A stretch of 64,000 bases of DNA from Hyphochytrium catenoides (GCA_900088475.1 FLMG01000284.1:48951-112950); one strand, 5' to 3'. Positions 1 through 12,998 are shown, counted from the stretch's first letter. Numbers and translations are program-made. Notes: generated by a model not told the origin, from the letters alone.

Positions 1-249
1 ATTATTTAGGTTGGCGTTTCGCTTCTCTTGTTGGCCTTGACAGTCAGTCAGCCTGGTAACTGAGGCAGCCTTGCTATTGTGCAGGTACAAATGGCGTGCG
101 TAACTATGCTTCGTGCTAGGCGGCTGCGCTTCAGACCTCAAAAGGAGGAGGGTTTTGCCAGGGTTAGGATTAGGGTTCTCTTTGGGCTGGTAGGACTTGA
201 TGATAAACCGAGGCACGCACGAAAAAGAAAGGCTGTTGGTCGCCTTGGC

Positions 250-2116
250 ATCCTAATGGGGCTATAAGGCCTTGCTACCTCCTATCTGGAGGTCAATACG
301 AGCATTCCTTGACTTGCTTGGCACTTCCCTTCCATAAAGATGAAGGTCTTTTTTACTGTTAGGATTGCCTTGTCTCAAGCCAACAGTGGATGACCAGGAG
401 CGTAGAATGTAGGGTGCCATCAATCAGCCCCTGCCCTGCCCTGATGAAAACGCTGCACAAGGGCGAGAACATGTGCTTTCGAGGTACACTAACCTCGTCT
501 ATTGATTAGAGGGCCTAACACTAGAAATTTCCATTGTTTTCTCCGAAGACGTGGCTACTTGCAGCCTGCTCTCCGTCTCGAGGAAGGCACAAGCATTAAA
601 TCAAGGTTCTCGAGCACATTAAAAGAGTCTCCTCCTCCCGTCAATGCTGCCGAGATATGGAGGACTGCATGTGTCTAGGAAAAAGGGAAGAGGGAGGGCG
701 ACAAAAGGACACAGCAAGGAAGAAGACTAACAAAGTGGACCAAAGCAACTGTGAAAGAGGGCCAAACAGACAGTGAACAAAGGCAAAAAATTTTCAGCGC
801 TTTCTTGAAGGCTGCCAGCTCCTCACTAATTGGTCCATCTGCACTTCAACTTCCTCCATTGCTTGGTGGTGGACAGCCCTTCACTTTCAAAGCTCTCTCG
901 CCTCTTTCTTGTTGCTCTTCTTCAGATCTCACCTCTTCTGGACTATGAAGGAGAGACTGGACTAGAAAGAGATAGAGGGAATGTGGAGCAGGGCAGGCTG
1001 CGGGCCATCCAGCGCCACAGAACAGACAGGCTCAAGATGGGACAAAAGAGGAAAGATGATACGCGGCTGTCCTCCCTCCCTGCACAAGAACCGGGACCGA
1101 AGAGCAGGACGAGGGCAAAGCTTCGGAAGTGATAACAGACTAGGTGTCTGCGTAGCAGGATGACCAAGGTCCTTGTAGGCACTTGGGGCTTGTCTTACCA
1201 GTTGCGGCCCCAACCCACTGTCTTACCCTGTGCTCTGCGACTTCTGAAGAAGAATAGGATGCAAAAGTTTTGGCTTTTATTCTGTCAGGACCAACTTAGA
1301 GCAGAACCTGTGACAATTGGACACTTCAACTTGCGGAGGTCTTGTCCCTCATTGCTACTGAAAATCTCTCTCTTATTCATTGCGTCTCCAGAAGATGATG
1401 GTCCTCTTCCTGCTTGCCTAGTCGTTGAGGTGGATCGTCCGCCCACCTCAGGAATTATTACTATACGATGAAGCTCAGCAAACTTCTTGTACAATGTTGA
1501 AGATGCCCAATCCAGCTCCCTCATTTTGATGGTCAGCCTCAACATTGAACCGACCGCGTCCAATCTCTTGTCCTCCCCTCCTTTTTGACATGCAGTCGAC
1601 AGACTGCCGTGATTATTGCTTGCTTAAAGGGCATACCGAGAGGTCTCTGTCTGTCCAATATTACTATGCTCTGTCAGGCTATGAAGCTGCTGCTGAGATG
1701 GGTGATGCTGGCACAGTAGTAGATGACTAGGCGCCAAAGCCGAAGCAGAGTCTCTGTAGAATCTTTTTTATCCCCATCCCTTGTCCCACCAGCGGGCTCA
1801 GCACCCAGATTGTGAGCCTTGCTGGCTCGTCTCTCAAAAGTTGTTGCAGCCAGGAGGTGGGAATGTAGGAACTAATGTCTAACTCATCATCTGGCGTACT
1901 TGGTAGCAAAGAGTGCTGTCTGATGATGGGCTTACTAATGGAACAAGCAGCATCCCAATGCATGAACGCACCACGCGTCATTGGCATTTGCTCCCAAACT
2001 GATGCTAGCTTGAGTGAGCTCAAGGTGTAGAAGACCAGGGTAATACCGACCGACCTATACGTTGGCTTTCCATTTAGGATCAGGTCCTGGCGCAGTCCGA
2101 CCGAGGGGTTATGCAA
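250..2116 (-). mobile_element. Probable decayed Mutator(MULE)-like DDE transposase remnant
   Basis: Broken minus-strand frames give, in the expected order, FMHWDAACS (first Asp, ~1952), IVILDR (second Asp, ~1653) and VCRLHVKK (CxxH, 1590-1601, 18 aa after the second Asp). A weak PYILRSWS...SRNARID segment follows at ~420-290. The frames contain stops and frameshifts, and no TIRs were identified. Confidence 0.3.
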
Positions 2117-3503
2117 GCGAATGCAGTCGTTATTATCAAAAGTGTAGGCGCCAAAGTTATCTCATGATCGTGGGTTTGGCGATAATATGCAAGAAGAGGC
2201 TGGTATTTGCAAACATGAAGAAGAAGAGGCATGCAGAAGAAGGGACATGCAATCTCTTCATTATAATTGATGGTCTCAAGGCATGCTCTCATCATCTTAG
2301 CGAGACTAAGAGATGAAGGGGATGATGGTTCTCATTGTCATTGGAGTTTCATCTCATCAAGGAGAGCCTTTATAGAAGCACCCAGAATCGAGGAGTGACG
2401 ATGCTCAATGATGGCTATCCTGGGATAACACCTAGTAACATGCGCCGTGTAAACATTTGTAATAAGGGGAAGGGGGTGGCAACTTAGCAACCTTCATCAA
2501 TTACTTCGACTCTTCTCCTTGCCTCTCGTTCATGAAAAGAGTGGAACTCTCCTTGCGAAGAAGAAGAATAGACTTGTCCACTTGAAGTCGGATGTTTGAA
2601 CTATGAGAAAATTAATAAAAAACCTATGTCTGACTCTTTCAACTGCTGTCCCCGCTACAACTACCAGTAGTAAGCATTATAGTGCCGGCCGATGAGGCGG
2701 CAACAAATGCTACCTACCTATGGACGTGCTGCCTGCCTTATAATAATATTGCACGATAACAGACAGATTCTCTCTCTACAAGTAAAAGGAGGACCAGGTA
2801 CATCTTGAAAAAGTCGCGGAGGTTGAGACATAAACAGGGAAGCATCTAATTAATGAGGAGATTATCACTCTCGATGCATGAAGCTTACAGCGGCGGCCCA
2901 GTCATTCCGCATCAAAGCAAAGGAATGCCACAATGTAAGTTTGTGCCAGACATTCATCACTGCACAAGACTCATGTTTGCAGAAGGATCATGGAGTCGGC
3001 ATAGTGGGAAAGTAAGCAGTAAGCACTCGGCTGGATTGAGGAAGAGGGAGAGGAACAATCTTGCTGGAGCAGACTATGGCATCTGTTTCCTTGCCGTATC
3101 AGTCCACTCTTTTAACATGATGGATGCTCGATAACAACCTGATGGCTTGTACGCCTTCTTTCATCCCTTATATTATCCCCCAGCTTGAAGCGTCGTCCTG
3201 ACTTGCACTTACAACGTGCAGGACAACCTGACTGGCACATGCGCGTTGTCTGAATGAATATATTTAAAGATAAAAACGCCACAAAAAAGAATCCCCTTGT
3301 CCCTTGGGATCCTTCTTCCCTAATAAAAACTCCCACTTCCTCTCTCTCTCTCTACCACGCTTCTCCCACTACAAACACTACCTCAGCTTTGTCCTATTCA
3401 TCTTGGCACCTCCTGCCATCATAAATATGTACAACCTCCCCGCGCCTCTCTGTTGCCCTTCACCATGACGATAGTCCAGCCCTTCTTTTAGTTTACATCA
3501 TTC

Positions 3504-4516
3504 TTATGCCGTCGCTGCGACTGGTGCATTCTCTTTCTCGTTGTCTAGTGCTGCCTTCAGGTCGCTGAGATTCAGTGTCGAAGCCGAGTTCTCTTCTTCA
3601 GTGCTTGCCTTATCGCCTTTGGAAGGAGTCTCCTCATCCGCCTCATCTGCCGGCTCATCCGCCGCTTCCTCAGGCGAAAGCTTGATGTAAAGCGGCAAGC
3701 CAAAGCCTCCCTCACTGTTAGGGAATAGCCACTGCATGAACAGCAGGTAAGACCACCAGTCTAACGCTGTCACTCGATTGAAGATGGGTTTACCTTCTTC
3801 CAATTGTCTCGGAGTCGAATCTTCTCATTCTTTCTGTCAAGCTCCAGCACTTCTGATTTCTCTAGCGCGTCCAGAAGTGTCTCCAGATCACTGTGTATAT
3901 AGCATACTGCAGGAAAGTTGGCAACGAGTGCCACTGGGACGTAGCCTTCCATGTCCATCCTCGCTCTGATGTAAGTGTCTCGGCAAAGGTTATCAGGGCT
4001 AAAGTAGAACTCCCTAATGCGTAACAAGAATCAGACAGATTGTCTCGGTAGCAAGACTATAAGGGCAAAGGCTCACATTTGCTGGACAGCATACTTTGCT
4101 GTTACAGTCAAGTCTGGGTGAACGTAGACACCATCCTGGACATAGCCTCCGAGGGCATCATACTGTCGTCCTCGCCGATTTCCATTTCTCCAATTGCCAC
4201 CTCGCCCACGGCCGCGGCCACCACCACCGCCATTAACGTTGCGCCGACCGCCTCTATGGCTGTAGCCTCTCGTCCACCTCTTTTCGGTTGGCCCATCCTT
4301 GGGGGCCTCCGCCTCTTTTGCAATGTCAAGGGTAGACCAATTGGTCTTACCTGCATTCATGACGGCGACATAAGTTCTTGTACTTCAAGCGGTCACCTCT
4401 AGTTCAACCTCTTACTTACCCCTCCTTTGCTGCTTGGCTTTAAGCTTATTCTCGTCCAGTGTTGCTACCTCCTCTGCTGGGACAAGGACAAACTTCTTTG
4501 CCGTGTCAGTTGCCAT
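3504..4516 (-). CDS. La-related protein (RGG box + La motif, acidic tail), 4 exons
   Basis: Spliced: MATDTAKK...GKTNWSTLD...RGGRRNVNGGGGGRGRGRGG...AKYAVQQI/EFYFSPDNLCRDTYIRARMDMEGYVPVALVANFPAV...EKIRLRDNWKK/WLFP. This is a canonical La HTH motif. Introns are GT-AG. Confidence 0.9.
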
Positions 4517-4980
4517 GTTGACGAGTTCAATTGCCTGTACAATTGTGCTGTCGACACTATAATTCAGTCTCGCCACAGCGCCCTCAGTGGTCAATAATGC
4601 AGTAAGCACTAATCTGCCGTTTGGGGAAGCTCAACTAAACCGATGATGAGCTCTGTTAGTCTCTGTGCTCCATCCAGCTCTTGATGTTTCACAAGCTTTG
4701 TGCGCTTGCCTTCGTTGCTTCATCGGATACCTTCGCCGCTTTCTTGTCACAATTCAAGTTCCCCTGACATCTGTCTGTCACTCTGTCTCCTGCACCTGCC
4801 CCCACGCTCTCTCTCCCACCAGCCGTTCCTCCAGGTCAATGTGTCACCGGCGGAGATGCATCAACGCTTTTAACCTCTGTCTGTTAGTCAAAGTTAACAT
4901 GTGACGTATCACCGGCGTCGCTCTAGCATCACGGGATAGCTGCAGCAGTCAAAATGGGTACAATTACTTGTGGAACCCAA

Positions 4981-5014
4981 GACGATATATAAGTATGGAC
5001 GATATATAAGTATG
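4981..5014. repeat. Perfect 17-bp tandem duplication (gacgatatataagtatg x2)
   Basis: Read directly; lies in the divergent intergenic region between the La and ANK-TIR genes. Confidence 0.9.
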
Positions 5015-5471
5015 GTAACGATCAACAGGTATACTTGATGTGAAGTCTCGCTCGTGATGAGTCAGCTCCTTAAGTGGCCAAGTAGGTAGAACTACATGTG
5101 TCTCTCAAGTTATAAATATGGGTTACGTAGGTAGACCCGGAAGTGCATAGAATAGTAAGTTCCCACAATGCATTATCATGGGATGATAGGATGCTGAGCT
5201 GAGAAGTTCAGAAGCCAGAGCAAAACTCCCTATCACGGGGGACATCTGGCTACCCCCAAAATGGGTGGGCTGCGGGGGCAGGAATCAGGCTCAGCCGTTC
5301 TGTACCAATCTTAGGTGTTGGGTCCCGAAGATGGGTGGGTGGTGTTTCGCCGCCTCGATGTTGATGACCAGACAGAACAGGAACTGGCCCTTCTCCCCTC
5401 TCCATCCCCTCCTCCCCATCGCCATACATATGAGAAATAGATATCCCGTATTCAGCACTAATTGGAATAAA

Positions 5472-5560
5472 NNNNNNNNNNNNNNNNNNNNNNNNAGAGA
5501 GAGAGAAAGAGAGAATGCGAGAGAGAAAGAGAGAGAGAGAGAGGGGGAGGAGAGAGCGAA
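5472..5560. repeat. N gap plus (AG)n microsatellite
   Basis: N run at 5472-5495 followed by AG repeats. Confidence 0.9.
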
Positions 5561-6127
5561 AGATAGATGAGAAAAGAGAGGGAGGAAGGAGAGAGAGTGG
5601 AAGTGGGGAAGAGAAAGGGAAGAGACAGGAGGACATGGAGGACGAAGGAGAGGAGAATGAAACGAAAAGAGGCCAAAAGTGGAAGAGAAGAGAGAGGGAA
5701 GCCCTCCCTTTTGCTGGGCTTCTCATGCTTCTGTTCTTCTTTTCCCTGACTCTGTCAGCCCTTCTGTCAGTGCCCTGTACCGCTGCTTTTTGAGCATCCC
5801 TCCTTCCCTCCACACCGTTACCAGGGTGCGCCATTGTGTCGAGTCAGAGCGCCTTAGAGGAAGGATCAGGACAGAAGATAGCATCATCCCGCGGTGGCTG
5901 GCGGTACAAGTCGGTGCGGTCCTTGCTGAAGAACTTGGCTTCAGGACGCCCACATCAAAGATTCTGAAGCTTCAATGCGGTGGGGCTGCTAACAAACGCG
6001 GTCAACTTGCCTTCTCCAAGAGACCAGAGATGCCTGCAAAAGGACATATCTAAGGATCATCCAATCACATTGAGCTAGTTATTGTGAGGCGGGTCGAAGA
6101 AGTCCTCGAACTTCAGCCCACATTAAC

Positions 6128-9100
6128 ATGGACTTCACCCCGAAGGGCTCAACGCCGCTCCTCGATGAGGACAAGGAAGCACTTCCCAGGATCAGCCGGA
6201 GTCCCGCTTCGGCGGGTCGTGGTAAGTTTATCCATAGAGTAGAAAGCCTTTCACCGGGGTGTTAACCAACTGCCTCTGATGTACTCCTGCAGGACACGCT
6301 TCTGAGCGACTCATGGGTCACGGGTACGCACCACGCCCGAGTTCAGCAAAGAGTTCAGTGAGTGGTAAACTGGAGGGAGCTCATCGCGTGAGTCTGGCAG
6401 ATGTGGTTGCATTATCATCATCGTCATCTGGGCTTTCACATGCCCAACAAGAATCCCACCTTCCTGCGCATGGCCCTGTTGGGGCGTCATCCATCACTCG
6501 ACAGACTCACTCTGAACACGGCGATTCTATATATATCACCGGCTTAGATGGAGATCTCCCTCTCGATGGTAGCACTGACCAAAAGCGCTATGAACGTTCC
6601 ACTAGAGACACGACGTTGAGGTTCGCTCCACCACAGCAGCTCCGTAAGTTTTAGACGCCCTTCTTGCCTTCGATGCCACACTTACTGAGCTACCCGCTGC
6701 AACTGAATATGGTCGCTGTACCTGCGTAGGTAAAGCGAAGCTGAAGTCGGGAAGGATGATGACGAATAGCTTCGTTGCAGCCTCCCTCCTCAAAATATCT
6801 CTAGTCATCTTGGTCATCGATGTTGTCTCACTTTATGTCGCCGTCAAGTACACTTGGAAGGACCGCACGCGCAGTGTGGATGAGTGCACAAATTTTATCC
6901 GTTACTCAATGTTTGCAAGCTTTTGCGCGCCACTCAACATTATCATTGCGCTCTCAGCGACCGGGTTCTCGGTTTTCAAGTAGGTAGCCTCATAAGGGAA
7001 GGCGGCCGTTTAGTGCCCAACATGTCTTTCCTGACCTCAGCTTGTGGCGAGGACTGAAGTCACTCACCGTTGCTGCCGCGTTGATTCTGACAGGCTCTTT
7101 GAAAGACAACCAAACTCTACCAAGCTCAAAAGGAAGTTCTGGCTGAACCTTTGTGAGTTTGCAGTCACCATCCTGGTGGCATTATTTGTAAGCATATTTG
7201 TTTCTATTTGCTTCTAGGTAGTGTGGGCTCTCTGACTCTCGTCTGCAGATGTTCTACATAATCTTCTTTCTCACGGTCGTGAGGATCATGATTCAGGAGA
7301 GCGATAGCTGTTTCGGGGAGAGTGGCATGCAGATGTTTGGGGATGTCGCGGTCATATGTTTATGCGTTCTAAAGATGCTACTCAGCTATTGGCAGCTGCA
7401 AATTTTTGATGTCTTTAGAAGGTCCGAGAACTCTCTTTTTTCTTTTCATTGCACTTTCTCCTCCGTTCTCAGTCCATGTCAGCGACCATCTCCCCTATCT
7501 TTACCCTTTTACTCCACGTTTAACACTCTAATTCTCTTGTCTCTCAAGGTTCCTTTGTTCCCTTTCAACCTTGTCTAGTTCATTCCTCGCGTCTGTCCGC
7601 CTTTTGTCCACATAGCTGTTAGGTGCAGCAAGTTAGCTAAATCGTTTCTGTCGACAGCCGATCCCGCGCGCAGCTCGGCACTTTTGACGAGCTGTCTCAG
7701 AGCAACTACACCAGCAAATGGATTCATCCTAATGCAAATAGTGTCGCAGATCTTAGGAAGAAGCTGTACAAGGCCGTCAGGTACGAGGCTTAACTCATTA
7801 AGCTCAATTCCGAGTTCCTCAGGGTTGCTGACCAACTGTCTGCCGGGCGCAATTTGTTACTTCCGCGCTGCCCGCTACTGCGCAGCCTATGTGATACTCT
7901 GGAAGCGACCACACTTTTAATCAAAGCAAGAGATACCTACGGCACCGACTTCGTCAACCGAATCTTTGCCTCGCCCAGTTTAAGGTGAGAGCCACCATTA
8001 ATCCAGTTGTCGGTATAGCGTTTCGCCTAGTGAGGCTAGAAACAAACTGCGTACCTTCTCTCTGCCCATTTATTCTACGTCGACCTGTCATTGTGCTTAT
8101 ATTGTTTCTCAATCACGTGCCATACGTATAGTTGTGGACTGTTCGCGGAGTCCAAGAAGAATCCAATGCATGTTGCTGCTGCGTCAGGAGACATCGAGAT
8201 GCTAGAACTCCTAAAGAGTTACGGCTTTGACGTTAATGCAATGGATAAGGCAAGCTTAGTGCTGTTTCCACACGCATTCCGTTGGCACTTTTGTCGGCGT
8301 TTACATCCGTTCCTCTTTACCGATACTTTGCTCGTTACTACGCTATCTCCTTTCTTAAAGAAGATCCCCCAATAGGAGAGGTCATGTTTCCTAGACGGGA
8401 GTGATCATGTCCTGTTGTCTTGTGTCCTACTTATCTTTTAACTCCCCTATCAGGTGGATAAAGTCCGCTTCAGTATCTCCGCTCTGTACGTGTCCTTCAC
8501 CAATTGGATTACCTCTGGGGTCGGCTTCAATAAGGTGAAAGGGACGGGGACGGGAAGCATTCGTTTACGCTCAACTTTGGTCTCACCGCTACACGTGGCG
8601 GTGGCTCGAGGGGTAAGTCATGACTCGCTATCCTGTTCAGTGCTAATGCGTTGCATCTGATAACGTTCGCGTTACGACTCTCTGTCCTTTATGGTGATAT
8701 TTCTCCTGGGACAACGGCCTATGCTATGAGCAGAAGCTGGCGGCGGTTCGATGGCTCGTGGAGAATGGAGCAGATGTAAACTGCCTCTCCATATCGTCGA
8801 AGTCTGCGGAGCGGGTGCCTCCTCTTTTTTACGCCGACGATACGCAGATCGCTCTGGCCCTACTGGCAGCTGGTATGGCCTGTGTAGAACTTCACTCTCT
8901 GTCTGGAAATTTTCCTAGTTATTTGTTGACAGCCATTAGAAGAGGCGTCGATTTCCTGCTTCAGATCCTGCTAATGTCCGCGCTCTTTAGACTGACCTGA
9001 TGTTTTAAACTGATAGATGCAAACGTCCTTTTGGTGCCAAACGTTGGCAGCTTCTCTTGCACAACGGTGCTGGAGTATCAGTATTATAAAGGGAACGACC

Positions 9101-12100
9101 AACTCTGCTCGTTATACAAGGAATGGGGAGGAGACATCTGCCTCACCCCTTTACATGCTGCTTCTGCTAAGAATGAGATAAGAACGATCGCCAAGCTGCT
9201 TAACGCAGGTATCGCCAAAGTCAAACGACACCGTATACACGGGCGAAAACAAGTCGATGTTTAGTGTCCAACGCCTGCTGCCATAGTCTCTTCCTTCCCT
9301 TATCCTTTCCTCTCTTCTCAAGCAACGCTATACCTATCATTTTACCTGTTCTTCAGGTACTGCTGGCGAGCTTCAGTATGACTCAGCTTTACTCCTTTTA
9401 ATTTTTTGTATTGCCGTACGCTGGCTCCTTTCAGGTGCAAGCGTCGATTGCCTCGGTGAACAGTATGAAGGGTTTCATCGGTTTACGCCGCTCCACTGGG
9501 CCGCTGTCAGTGGCAGTCATGATGCAGCACGTCTTCTTTTGGAGAGGGGGGCGGATGTCAATGCACGAGACGCAAGAGGTAGACGTGTTGAGCTCCACGT
9601 GTCCAGCATAAAAGCCATTTGTATGTAGGCGAACTAACGCAATAAACTGTCATTCGTAGGGCGGACCCCGTTGCACTGGGCCGCACGTCGGAACCGGGCC
9701 TCCATAGTAAAGCTCCTCATTAGTCTCGGAGCAGAGCCAGACGCCATTGACAATAAGTGCGGAGTGCTCTTCATCTTTCTTGTCATCCTCTCAACAGATT
9801 GTTGCAGAGAGAGAGTGGTTTTATGTACTATTCTCCGCTACACTGCTGTCGGAGGCTGTCTTGTACCATGAAGACTTGGCTCTGTCTTTGTCCTATACAC
9901 TAACCAGAGCTTGATTTTCAGGGATGATAGGCGGACTCCCATTCTCTTTGCTGCGGAGTTCGACGGCGTTGACAAGGAAGTTTTCTTGACTTTGAGGCAA
10001 GCAGGAGCCAATATTGACGCCAGGTGCATCTGCAGTAAAGCCCTCCCTTAAAAAACTATGCATTGTCGTTCATGGTCTTTGTCTTGGCCCCTGCTGCGTA
10101 TCTTTGTCTGTGAAGAACTTAAATGCTGTGTGGCCCTCACGACCGATTTTCTGCAGACTGCCTAACGACGATACAGCGCTGCACGTGGCTGCCAAGCATG
10201 AAAACCTGAAGACTGCGCTTTCCCTTGTGAACTGTGACGCAGACGTCATGGCATCAAACCTGGAAGGAAAGAGGTAAACGTGTTGTCCGACCTGTCTAAT
10301 GGGTTCTGTCATTGCTCTCCATGCCGCTAACCTGTAATGCTGTAGGGCCATTGACTGCACCACGTCTACCGCTTTGGCATACGCAATCAAGCAGGAGGCT
10401 GGGGCTCGGGATGTCATGATTAGGTGAATCTGGCCGTTTATCTGTGTCACCTATTGGCCTAGGTCTCATCCCTCCCTCTTCACCTTCTCTGTGCTTCCCC
10501 TTTGCAATTCGACCGTTAGCTATACACACTCGCATGCTGAGTTCGCTACAAAGGTAAGGAGCTATGCCCATCTCAGCATTTGTGTGTGAGGTTAATCGTA
10601 CCTGTTATCGCCATAATACTGTCTTACTCTATACCTTTCTCCTCCATGCTTGGTCCGCCCTGAAGATTCACGATGAGCTGAAAAAGAACAATGTCACGGT
10701 CTGGATGGACAATATGAATCCGAGCGGTAAGACATATCTGAATCACAATATGCTCACTTTGGTCCGCTATCTTTCTTGCTGCTGTAGACGTACGTATCCT
10801 CAGTATAATGAGTCTGGGAGACGTCTTCGATCTAGGGCAGACAAGGCTCGTATAATGATGTATGTGGCCACTCACTCTGAAACTCTTCCCTACAGGGATT
10901 GAAGGCGGTGCTGTATGGCGGGCATCCATCGCTCGGGGAATCTCTGAGGCGACCCTAGTCCTCTGTATCCTTTCTGAGGACTATCCGAGCAGCTCCTGGT
11001 GTTTGAAGGAGCTTGCCTTTGCAAAGAACTGTGAGAAGCCAATCTTGGCCATCAGCTGTGAGGATGTCACAATTAATGACGAGTTGCAGGTAAATAGGTC
11101 AAAGAAAGCAACAGGCGAAGATAAAGAGGAACAAAGGGCAGAGCGGATTACTCTCAGCAAACCCTAATTAGAACTTTCGGCGCACGTTATGTGAACTTCA
11201 CTTCGATGAGTTTCCTGATTGACTCTATCACACGCGTTGCTCTTAAAGCTCTGTGATAGTTCTAAAACGAGAAGTCTTGCAAGCTGACGCCTTCTTTTGA
11301 CTCGCTAACCTCTAAAACTGCTGGCCAGGTTTACCTCTANNNNNNNNNNNNNNNNNNNNNNNCTGGACGGCGTAAGGGACATGATCGAGACCTCCAGAGT
11401 GGCAAAGAAGGACCCGAAGCTCAAGGAGTCCGCTAAGAGCGAGACGTTGATGAAGATGCTAGCAGAGATGAAGACGCAGCCGCGAGAGGGTAGGAAGGAC
11501 AGGAGTTACAATCAGAGGAGAGATTCTCTTCGTTTGATGTTGGAGGCTTTTGTACGCCTCTTTCCTCTAAACCTTTCGCCCCTTCGGATTACCTGCTGAC
11601 AAGCCATGACTCTCCGCACTAAAAGTTGCTCTTCGTTAGGAGGTTTCGTCTTCATCAGCAGCGGGGACTGTCATAATGAACTTGTTGCCGAGATGGTACA
11701 AGCCCTGGAAGCTCAGGACATCCCTTGTTATGTTGACTCCCGATATCTTTACGGGTAAATATCTTCTACCTCTTACTTTGTTCTCTCGGCACTTGCACTC
11801 GAGCTCGGAAAATCTGGCTTTATATAGATTTGGAGCGAGACAATCTTTCTACTTCTGTCGTCTCTCCATCTGTTGCTCTCTCTTGTGTCTTTCGCTCTTC
11901 TTATCCTTCTGGCCCACCTTTCCCCGCTTTTGATCCCAGGTCCATGCAAGTTCGGATGCAGAAGACAAAAGACTTCATCCTCCGCTGCTCCGCTTTTGTA
12001 GTGGTTCTTTCCCCCAAGACAGTGGGGCTAGATATCATTAGTGATCAGCTCGCTTTCGCGGAGGACAAGGGCAAATATGTGATCCCAGTCCTTTACTCAG

Positions 12101-12998
12101 ACGTGCAGCTAGACTTCGGTAAGGACCCAGGAGAAGGGTGGGCTAGACTGCTACTAAGGAGCAGAATAGAGAGAGAGAGAGAGAGAAAGAGAGTACACGA
12201 GGGCCAAGAACGAGGGTCACTGACATTATGTATGTCGGTTTACAGCAAAACTCTACTCCTTGTCACGGTCGAAATTTGTCCACTTTTGCCGCCACTTGGG
12301 CACCCGGGATAGCGTTGAAGACCTGATCTATACCGTGAAGATGGGTCCGAACTCCAAACCATCGCAAGACCTGGGTCAGCCCCGTCCTCCTCGCTCTGGC
12401 GCGCCGTTTCTGCGCTCGGCGAGCTTCTCAAACTCTAGCGGCAGCTTGGTCTTCTCGAACTGGCCAACAGTGAACCCACCAACGGTTCCGCCGGCTGTGG
12501 AGCCAGGTAGGCAGGTAGCCCCACCAGTGTCGACGGCTCCGCTTTCAAGGATGCCGAGTCGTCGGATGAGCAAGGGACACATTTTCACGATTGATGAGAG
12601 GTAAGCCTGACGCCAACGCCATAGACTTGAGCCGTAGCGTGTTACTGACCGCCACCCTCCTCTTGTCCCCAAACTTCTACTGCCGGCATCTTTGGACGAC
12701 GCTCTCGACAACTTCCCAACGTGTTCAATGGGTCCCTCGTTCCCTTCTTCCAAATTCTTTTCTCTTCTCTCTCTCTCTACTTCTCTCTCTTCTCTCTCTC
12801 TCCTCGCTCTCTCTCTGTCTCTTCCCCGTTCTCGATGGGAATCTGATGCTGGGCCTGGCCTGGCAGTGGCGGAGACCTCATGCCATCTCTTCAATAGTGT
12901 CTGGTCTATGATTAAAGATCAGTCACCTTAGTTATCACGGATGTCCGTTTCGTTGTAGCTGGATTTTGGATAGGTTGCGAAGTTTTATTGGGTTTTGA
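6128..12998 (+). CDS. Membrane protein: 4 TM helices + ~9 ankyrin repeats + two TIR (TIR_2-type) domains, >20 exons
   Basis: In-frame splicing from ATG 6128 to the N gap at 11340-11362 and onward after it. Hydrophobic segments lie at 6770-7410. Ankyrin repeats include NPMHVAAASGD, SPLHVAVARG, TPLHWAAVSG, TPLHWAARRN and TALHVAAKHE. TIR1 reads DVMISYTHSHAEFATKIHDELKKNNVTVWMD...ILSEDYPSSSWCLKELAFA. TIR2 reads FVFISSGDCH...IPCYVD...VVVLSPKTVGLDIISDQLAFAEDKGKYVIPV. The last exon (12959-12998) is uncertain. Confidence 0.85.

Noticed and set aside
5250-5834. Long ORFs rich in SL/RE dipeptides (also 12376-12931, 49206-49851, 62986-63531)
   Set aside because: These are translations of AG/CT microsatellite and intron sequence. 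Only 63051-63181 is a real ZNF598 exon.
11340-11362. Apparent truncation of TIR1
   Set aside because: This is an assembly N gap. The reading frame resumes afterwards, so it is not evidence of pseudogenisation.
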